A stretch of 64,000 bases of DNA, from contig MU619253.1 of assembly GCA_025201805.1 (NCBI GenBank), positions 64,202 through 128,201 of the forward strand, in the 5' to 3' direction. The position numbers and the translations under genes were made by a program. Shown one piece after another: positions 55,686-64,000 of this stretch. This DNA comes from Parasitella parasitica NRRL 2501 (Eukaryota; Fungi; Mucoromycota). Position 1 is the first letter of the stretch. Each line of letters opens with the position of its first letter. The notes beneath the pieces were generated by a model. It did not search any database. It was not told the origin of the DNA and saw only the letters and a list, made by a program, of their open reading frames with translations.

Positions 55686-56493
55686 CAGTTTTTTGAACAT
55701 CTACTAAACAGAATTTTGTAAAACAACCGAGGTATTGTTGAACTAGGGTTAATATTACGCCCATCAATTCAAACCCTTGCATGGTATATATTTAATAAAT
55801 TGAGGGTGTTCTTTTTTTTTTTATTGTGTTGCTAGCAAATAGTATATAGTGTTGGATCAAGAGACCTATATTTCCTATTTTTAGTCCTTTTTCATTGTTA
55901 TTATAATATGTACTGAAATGAAATAATCACTAGTACGCCAAGTCTCGGCTCAAGTCGTCGTTTGGGTCGTCATTAACATGGTTGGCGGAAACAGGAAGCT
56001 AAATGAAGCATTTTACATTCAACGTGTTCTTTCCTACAACTGCAATGACAAGGCAATGTTTACAATAAGCGCTTGAAACTCAAATAAACGGAGAGAACAT
56101 CAAGTCGTCTTTTGTGAATGTGATGAGATGAACAAGAGAAGAAAGTGTCTGTTTTACTTTTTACCTGTTTATTGATTTGGCATTGGATACAGTGTCTCCA
56201 AATGAATACTCCCTTTGTAACATTCAGCGATGTATTATTAATATTTACCCTGACAGCTGTTTAGAAGCTTTTTTACTCTCATGATTTACACTTTTTTCGT
56301 ATATCCTTCTCTTAAATAGGGCTTCAGGGCTTTGCTCTTGTTCGATAATCATTGCATTACACCGCACTAAAAACTATTCGCTGATGAGACGACAGTTATT
56401 AGCAAGCAAGCTTTTCTGGGGCTATGTCAAGGAATTCTTGCGTTTGTAATAAAATAACCGTCGTTTTTCTTTATTGCCTCCGCAACGACAGCT

Positions 56494-56970
56494 ATGGCAT
56501 ATCAAACTTCTACTTTTAAAAGTAATGGCCCTCCTCCCTCATACAATCTAGACGAAGAAAAGAACGGCCTTACGTATATAGACAATAAACGATTACAAGC
56601 AATCTGTTCTGAACAAGAAGATCTCTCTGCTGTACCTCAAGTCCCATCCAAAAAGCAGAGAAACGGGTCCCACGAAAGCGCCTCTGATGATCAACGACGA
56701 GTAGGATGTTTGTCACTTTTCTGGTTTGCTGTGATTTGTGACATTGCAGCAACCGTCGTCGCATTGCTAGGGACTATGGGCGCTACTCTAAAATGCAGGT
56801 CCAGCTGTGGTGATGTTTGCGATGGTTGCAACAATAAGTCTAGGAAAGGTCTAATTGCTAGTTTGGTCATATTTGTGATTTTAAGCATCTTTATTGCAGT
56901 ATTTAGACTGATATGCTATTGCTGCAGTCGAAGCAACACAACCCACACAGAACTTTCGCCAAATAAGTGA
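56494..56970 (+). CDS. PPxY/two-TM/Cys-loop small membrane protein 1
   Basis: PPPSY; two hydrophobic helices flanking CRSSCGDVCDGC..RKG. Confidence 0.75.
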   Translation: MAYQTSTFKSNGPPPSYNLDEEKNGLTYIDNKRLQAICSEQEDLSAVPQVPSKKQRNGSHESASDDQRRVGCLSLFWFAVICDIAATVVALLGTMGATLKCRSSCGDVCDGCNNKSRKGLIASLVIFVILSIFIAVFRLICYCCSRSNTTHTELSPNK

Positions 56971-57147
56971 TGTTCTGATGAGAATAAATATCCATGTCAG
57001 GGATGAAGCCCTTTTTATATTGTATAACACAGACGGAAGGTTGTTCTTTTTCATTGGACACTCCAAAGACCCGCCAAGATTTTAAAATTTTGATACAATC
57101 AGCCCAAGGATTTACCCTCTTTTCTCACTTATCTGGTTTGAAAAGAG

Positions 57148-57771
57148 ATGAGTGGACCAAATCATATAAATCAACACGCCGGCAATAGTAGTGATATCTC
57201 CAGACTGACAAGTTCGCTTTCAGAGCAGCCCCAGGGACAGGACGCAGAAAAACACATTGTGTATTTTGATAGTTATGATGCGAGCCCACCTTCTTATGAC
57301 GCAGCACAGCAGGAAGATAGCCCCTATCTACCACACAGCTCAGATGCAGACTTCTTTATGGAGCCACGCGATATCCCTTTAAATCATTGCGAAAATACAT
57401 GCGTGGAACCAGAAGCAAGGCCACTAATGATGGCTGAAAGCCTACAAAATGGCTGCATACCGTCTGCACCATCGCTTGATCAAATGCAAGCTAACACATC
57501 AGAGTCGATGGATACCAAAACGCCTAACAAGAAGCGCAAAATGACGCCGGTTCGTATATTCTTGGCTTGCTGCGTTTGGTTTGCCGGTATTACGTTCATG
57601 TCGGTCAGCTTGTTTGGCTACGAATGCTTTGATGAGTGTGAATCTAATCAAGATTGCGATCGCTGCTTTGGTGGAATCCGCAAAGGAGGGCTTTCTCTTT
57701 TGTATACTATTTTCATACTTGCTTGTATTTTTGCGACTTGGAAAGCTGTTCGTTTTACTCTTACCGTCTAG
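57148..57771 (+). CDS. PPxY/two-TM/Cys-loop small membrane protein 2
   Basis: PPSY, EARPLM; two TMs flanking CFDECESNQDCDRC..RKG. Confidence 0.78.
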   Translation: MSGPNHINQHAGNSSDISRLTSSLSEQPQGQDAEKHIVYFDSYDASPPSYDAAQQEDSPYLPHSSDADFFMEPRDIPLNHCENTCVEPEARPLMMAESLQNGCIPSAPSLDQMQANTSESMDTKTPNKKRKMTPVRIFLACCVWFAGITFMSVSLFGYECFDECESNQDCDRCFGGIRKGGLSLLYTIFILACIFATWKAVRFTLTV

Positions 57772-57871
57772 TATGTATGAATGCTTGACGGAAGCACAAT
57801 TATACCTAATTAGCCGTAGTTTATAATTACAATCCTATAAATTCAGCGTTTTATTTCTTTTCCTCTAAATA

Positions 57872-58507
57872 TCATCTAAACACTGTAAACTTGATAACTT
57901 TCCAAATGATGCACAGGCTAGTCAATATGAAAAAGCTGAAACCTGCTGCCATTAACCCTTTATGGAGCTTTGCTTGACATTGATTACACTCCTCTTCAGC
58001 TTCGCACTGGCTATAACAGTTGATAGTGGCTAACGCTGTTGCCATTAAAGTAATTCCAAATACAAAAATCGCAAACCCCAGGATAACTCTGCTTAGAGAA
58101 CATTGGTGTAATTTACTCAACTTGTTATCTGAAGGGTTGTTTGGCGAAACTTCTGTTTGATTGCCGGGTAGTGATATTGGCATAGTGGTAAATTCATCTA
58201 ACTCTTGCATCAGTGGGGCTGTTTCTGGCTCTGTTGGTGGATTTGCATGGTATGGATCGAGAGGGATCCCTTCCATCGAGTCTGGATGATGTATGCTTAC
58301 TTGTGTGGCACTATGATACGACGGTGGGTTGTCTGCTGTTTTATCGTAGTCATCTATATAAAGTGCATGTTTTTCATTTCTCTGATAAGTGCTACTTGAG
58401 CCCCCATTTGGCTGTAAATGTTCGCTTGCATCGCTGCTTTGTGGCATATTTGTGTTTATGACACTTTCATCTGCATCGCTCCCATTCAAATATGGATTGT
58501 TGTGCAT
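57872..58507 (-). CDS. PPxY/two-TM/Cys-loop small membrane protein 3
   Basis: PPSY, ETAPLM; two TMs flanking CYSQCEAEEECNQC..HKG. Confidence 0.78.
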   Translation of the reverse strand: MHNNPYLNGSDADESVINTNMPQSSDASEHLQPNGGSSSTYQRNEKHALYIDDYDKTADNPPSYHSATQVSIHHPDSMEGIPLDPYHANPPTEPETAPLMQELDEFTTMPISLPGNQTEVSPNNPSDNKLSKLHQCSLSRVILGFAIFVFGITLMATALATINCYSQCEAEEECNQCQAKLHKGLMAAGFSFFILTSLCIIWKVIKFTVFR

Positions 58508-58884
58508 GTTGTATGTAGTGTTTGTGAGAAAAAGAAAGAAAAAAGATTTTGCTCAATCAGGCAGATGTTTCAAATTCTTGGCACGAGTGCTGCCTATAGC
58601 TTTCTTATTACCACCCCGCCTGATGTTCATATCTCCATAGACAAGCTCAAAATGTATTCATAAGGGCAGCATGAAAACCAATTGTTGCATTACATTCAGT
58701 AGATGTAATAATTTCTCTAGTAAGATTTTGAGTTTAGACTCTGATATCACTGATCCAACGAAAATATTTAGCTCTCTATCAAGAAATATTTTGACAGCTG
58801 CAAGTGACAATGTGTGGCAGATTTTTTTTTAATCAAATGTACTCATAATTATTATATAAACTTTCATGACCTAGTTAGCACCTG

Positions 58885-61613
58885 GCTCTTCGTTTCTTTA
58901 TCTCTTTGAAAGCTCACAAGTCCCACTATGAAGGAACTGTTTTCTATATGCTTGAGATGATTAGTGTAAAACTATCACCAAGATCAGCTGATATGTGCCT
59001 TTGCACCTTCATGATGTTTTTACTATCGTACATTCGTCTCTCTTGTCACTTTATTCAAAACTTTCGAATTTAGTCTACTAACAAAAAATAACCTCCCATT
59101 ATTGGAAAATCATAAATATATACAAAGTCGCTTTATTCATCTTTACATGTAATATTTTTAATACCTATGATTGATTAATTAACCACTGTAAGGACCAAAT
59201 AAATGTCGTCAGGCCTATAAATTGGCTTATTTTAGCAAATAAATGCTGTTTTAAGCGGATTTTTGACCTTCTATTTCACTCAAAACCATATTAGACAATT
59301 GCTATCAGTCCACTTACTCATTCTGATGCAAATTTGCAGTTTTCTGAAAAACTTTTTTTCAACTCGATTTTGGCCCTATGGTACCTCGTCTGAAAAGTCC
59401 AATTTGACAAAAGTCAATTTTTCAGTCGAAAAACGAGGTTTTTTACTAAGGTATACATTAATTGCATTTGTTCCAGAATATTGTCCTTATATGATGGTAA
59501 TGTACATTTGCAGATTACAGACCAAATTTTTCGAGTTTTTCGCAATAAACTCAAAACTCGCTTTTTCTAAAATATCAATGCAATTTAATAAATAAAACTC
59601 ACAAATAAATAACACTAGTGCACAGAGCACGTTTGGCCCTACCATTATTACTATTACCTTTTTGGTCGTCAACTACTCATTTGGGTCTGTAAATATTCTT
59701 TAAAGAAGATTGTTTTTCTGGAAATGGCAATTTCGAACAAAAATGAGACAGACTCTTCAATCCCAATTCATACCCCGCGTGCATTTGCAACAACATTTCA
59801 AGTCTTTGTTTTGTGCTGAACAAAAATAGACACATAAACTATCTTTATTTTTTTATGGTTAGCTGAGTGAGTTAGAATATTTGTAAATTGTAAATAATAA
59901 CCTTAAGATTTATTAAAGAACTGAAAAGCATTTGTACTCCTGGTCTTCACATTGTTGTACCATTGTCTCATCGCAACTCGAGATACAAACATGATAAGAG
60001 CTGCGCTCATTTAGATACTTTTATTGTGATTGCTATTCTTCAGGATTGTTTAACATAGAGCTTCGTGTAGACAAAGAACCTCAATTCAGGATGATACGCT
60101 CATGCTAATATGTAAAATAATGGCACTTGCGGATCGTCTTTGCCGATCTCTTTTTGTTATAAAGAAGCCTGCTGACGTATGGAATTTTGCATTCCCTTAT
60201 ATAAGAAATAAAATAATGAACAGGCGTAACAGATTGTTAAAACAGCAGTTTAGGCGGCGCATAGTGTACTCGTCTCCTTACGGCTCATGAGTTCAGAATG
60301 AGCCATCTTGTGTATCATGCTTTTGCCATCAAAAGAACAAAAGAATCTCGAATGTTAACATGTAGAGAAAAAAAACTATATAAATCATGCAATTATTATA
60401 TGTTCTTTTTTTTTTTCCTCCATCAAAACAATCAACATGGAAAACACAAACACTACCACTAAACAAGAATACAAGTATTTTGTTGGAATTGGTAAGACTA
60501 TTATGGTATTGGATACGTTAAAAAGATGATTCAACTAACACTCAAAAGACTTTGGAACTACCGAATCTAGCTGCTGTTATGCTATAAGGGGGGAAAAAGA
60601 TAGAAACAATGACAAGCAAATTGCTGTACACTCTGTCGGCTATTGGTGAGTGCACTAGTTATTGCAGTTACCACACTCAAACACTAATACGCATTATTTA
60701 TCTAGGTCTTGTCAAAGCATATTTGATTTCAAAATCCCTTCCGCTATTGCTTACCCTGATCCCTCAAAACCAGACGTATATATCGGAGGAAATATAGCAA
60801 GATATCCAAACGCTATTACAAGCTTGCCAGACAAGCTAGATTCACCAGACGGCATAAAGAGTTGTGCAGATTTTTTGAAGGCGTTCAATGCTCACGTCTT
60901 GGCAAGAATTGAACACAAAGAGAAAGAAAATGGAAGAGAACATGACGATGTTACTCTAGCCAACATTCAATACTGCTTCACTCTTCAACAAGCTCAATAT
61001 AAGGGAAACCTTCTTGAAGCACTGAAGTTGGCTGAAATCTACTCCAGCGAGGACCACAAGGACAAAATCTTGATTGTCGACACTCAATTGGCAATGGCGA
61101 AGAAGATCAGGAAACTCCAGCGTATTGAAAACAATTTTATTATCTGTGAAATTGACTCAAAGTTCACCAAAATCACGTCAATGGAAATCATTAACGAAAA
61201 TGGACGTTTAAGCGCAAGAGAATCCGGTGATTCGATTACACTTGATAAATTAGGTGACGAGCAGATTGATGAACAAGTTAAGGAGCTTGTAAAAAAGGAC
61301 ATGAAGAAACAACAATTGGACTCCCGTGATGATTGCGATAGCATACAGGAACTTGCCCTTCAATATTTCAGAAAAAAAATGAAGGTACATATATGCTACC
61401 CATCATTGACTCCATTTATCCTGACTACTAACATTTTACAAAACTAGTATTGGATTGATTTCGAAGATCTTGAAAAACAGAATTTTGCTCGTGTTTGTCT
61501 ACCAGGAAAAAAGGAGACAATTTCTATCGATCTTCCTCTAAAAGATCTCAAAGAGAGAGCTTATGATCCTATGATTGATGAAATTATCGAATCAGTTGAG
61601 AAGCTGTATAAAT
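58885..61613 (+). repeat. Dispersed cassette copy C (inverted relative to A and B)
   Basis: Reverse-complement match to 14777-17177 and to 44558-46490. Confidence 0.93.
59179..59700 (+). mobile_element. Possible non-autonomous DNA transposon/MITE-like segment inside the cassette (also ~45630-46144 and, partially, ~16720-17177)
   Basis: Non-coding, A/T-run-rich block beginning TTAA-CCACTGTAAGGACCAAAT (piggyBac-like terminus); only a weak matching opposite end (ATTTGGGTCTGTA). Confidence 0.3.
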
Positions 61614-62839
61614 CAGAATTTGCGGTACATGTAGTCTTGAGCGGAGGTGGGCAGTCAATCTCAGATTATATGAAGCAAAAATTGGAAGAAAAATTGAGCA
61701 AAAGATTGGAAAGAGATGTACAAGAAAAGCTTGACAAAGAATTGAATGAGCTACTGGAACAGGTTAAAGAAACAACAATTAACGAAAAATTGGATGAGGC
61801 GTATGATTGTCTGGTTCAAGAATTGCGTTACTACACAAAAGAGGCAACTAGAAGGAGAATGATCGACAACCAATACTATGAAGCCTTATACAAATTTACT
61901 GCTTTGAAAGACAACTCAAAGTTGCAACACGCATTGAAGAAGGAACTAGATGAAAAGCTGAACGAATTTAAGCGTGATGATACTCTTTTGGCTAGATTTA
62001 CAAAAGGTTTGCGAGCCAAACTACATTCTAAAGAAAACGTGGTTCTCGAGTCAAACAAAGAGCAAAATCAAAACCAACTCGACAATTCTTATTTGGAGGA
62101 ATTGATAAAAGCTATGAAAGGCAGCATCTCTGATACATTGGAGAATATACTTTGCAATATATTCGAGGAACAAGCAGCTGAATTCAGGAACAACTATTCA
62201 GTCAAAGGATCAGACGCAATTTTTGATCAAAATTTGAAAGAGTTTGATCAAAAGTTAAAAGAATTGGGAGGCTTGGATGTCAAAGAAGTCCAAGAAAAAT
62301 TGAAGAAGTACGAACTGGATACAATTCTTGGCCAAAGATTAAAGTATCATTGCGAAATTTTGGGTGAGAAGGAATTGACAGATGGCAACCAGATAGAAGA
62401 TGAATGTGAGAACCCTTACGAACAATTGACCAAAAAAGAAGAGTCGAGAAAAAGATGGGAACGCTTTTACAAGATAAGATTGGAATGCGTGCCAAGACAT
62501 GAATGGGAAGACGAACTGAAAAAATTTGAATGCAATTTCGACAAAGGAAAAATAGAATTGTATGATGATTTCATTGAAAAAAACAAGATGGAATCCGAGG
62601 AAGAATTGGACCTGAAATCGGCAGATTTGAAGGAAGATTTCAACGAACAGCTCTCACTTCTTAAGGAAAGATTTGATAACGAATTGCAAACTTTGAAGCA
62701 CAAAATAGGAATAATGATCAATGAATCGGAACGACAACGAGTCTTGAACGAACGCTTCGCTGAAAATAACATTGTTAGAATAATTGGCGATATATCAGCA
62801 GCTGAAGCCGCAGTAGGCATCTTAACCGCAGAGCTTTAA
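60437..62839 (+). CDS. Full-length degenerate HSPA12/Hsp70-like protein with internal coiled-coil insertion, copy C (~740 aa)
   Basis: Exons 60437-60491, 60549-60645, 60706-61384 and 61448-62839 splice in frame. Motifs: VGIDFGTTESSCCY, KIPSAIAY, YCFT, VVLSGGGQSISDY, terminal AEAAVG. Confidence 0.85.
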
Positions 62840-63049
62840 ATCCTAACTACATAGGCTTAAAATTTCTACGGTTTTACTTCATGCATACGGCACAATACAA
62901 TAAAATTCATTTGAAACCAAATTAGGCATATCTTTTAATCTTCTTCCAAACCTCTTTTCTTATTCCAATTTTGCAAAACATTAGTTTTTCAAATATCTTG
63001 CATGGAAGCCCGATCGAGTAGAGGAAATACGGCATGAAATGGACGAAAT

Positions 63050-63440
63050 GAAAGTGCGCCATTTTGGACAGAGAAAAAACCACAAGCAGTGCTACCAACC
63101 CATCTTTTCAAAAGTGTTTCGCAAATGAGAAGGCTATTCTGAAGCCTATATAATCACTATAACCACCGTTATTGCTAATCTTTTAAGAGGCAACAGCAAT
63201 GAGTGTAAGGGCGTGTAAGTAAAAAATCAGATGTTATAACTCTGCTTTGAGTTGTTCGTTCATGATTGCAAGTTTGGAAAAACTGCTGCAAATAATATCT
63301 CTGGAGCCTATGCCTTTCGTGTTCAAGGCAGTGTTTATCATCTAATGAGATCTTTTTTGTTTCATACAAAAAACATGAGCTCTACTACCCTGGCTTGACT
63401 GAAATTTGCTCTAATACACATCTTTGACGCTGATAATATG
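63050..63440 (+). mobile_element. Helitron Rep/helicase N-terminal remnant (frameshifts and stops)
   Basis: Pieces translate to NPSFQKC, IRCYNSALS, ANNISGAYAFRVQGSVYHLM and KFALIHIFD. These match, in order, the Helitron RepHel motifs P.F..CC, IR.YN.A.SF, G.Y.FRI.G..YH and PKFAQ.YI.D. Confidence 0.75.
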
Positions 63441-64000
63441 TTGAGTAGTTATAGCGTGAATATTATACTCAATTGGCAGTATGATAAATGAATGGATTCA
63501 TTTGAAATGATCACAACAAATGTTATGAGACGCGCGGGACATTTATTTTGACTTTGAGTGAGGTTTACAACTGTAATTGTGTATTAGCGGGACACCATAA
63601 ATGTGAGAGTGTATTAATATATTATCAGGGGGTAAGATCGTTATAAAAGCTTCTAAACGATACTCTTGAGTAGAATGTATATGTCTGAAAGAATATAGGC
63701 AATAAACATAAAGAAAGATTTATTGAATATGTACTTGAAGATGATAACTTTCGATATGTAAAAGATGATAATTTCGATTAACAAAACTGGTAAAATGAGA
63801 AAACGGATCAAGTCCTACTTGGAGATTATATATTCAAATGTAATTTCATTTAGAAGTTGGTCAGGTAATAACATAATAGCATAATTTATTGAATATAATA
63901 AAGGAGGAAGAAGGAAGAAAATAAGAAAATAGATTATTTGTCTGCAAAGATGGAGCCTTGATGTTTGCTCAAGTAGTCAACTGACCTAGCAAGTTGAAGT

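Noticed and set aside
63600-64000. AT-rich sequence with a short direct repeat (GATGATAA(C)TTTCGAT)
   Set aside because: No ORF or recognisable motif; it may be more decayed transposon but this cannot be supported.

Overview
This is an intron-rich (short GT-AG introns), AT-rich fungal region whose gene content and intron style point to Mucorales (inference). About 25 housekeeping genes are recognisable: 3' part of an NF1/Ira RasGAP, TAF10, ATF/CREB bZIP, ABHD11-like hydrolase, Met30/SconB, SUR7-like, Opy2-like, RIB1, DHH1, BSD2, an APC permease, MOCS1 (moaA+moaC), RPS25, a DnaJ, a C2H2 polyQ factor, RPP2, UBX, BAR-PH-ArfGAP and an SDR. The most unusual element is a cassette present three times. 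It consists of about 1.2-1.6 kb of upstream DNA plus a degenerate HSPA12/Hsp70-like pseudo-ATPase gene, with a roughly 300-370 aa coiled coil inserted inside the ATPase fold that is very different in the two copies that have it. One copy is full length (60437-62839), one lacks the coiled coil (14763-15952) and one lacks most of the ATPase body (43504-44842). Two copies form an inverted pair around 12 kb of ordinary genes, and the full-length copy is followed by a Helitron remnant. Other notable items are a MOCS1-type stop-skipping intron joining MoaA to MoaC, a trio of intronless PPxY/2-TM/Cys-loop genes, a poly(A)-tailed insertion at an NF1 exon boundary, a stand-alone Grn1-domain gene, abutting convergent stop codons, shared (GGAT)n tracts in two ribosomal-protein introns, and a candidate structured ncRNA. 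All calls are by-eye motif recognition; no searches were run.
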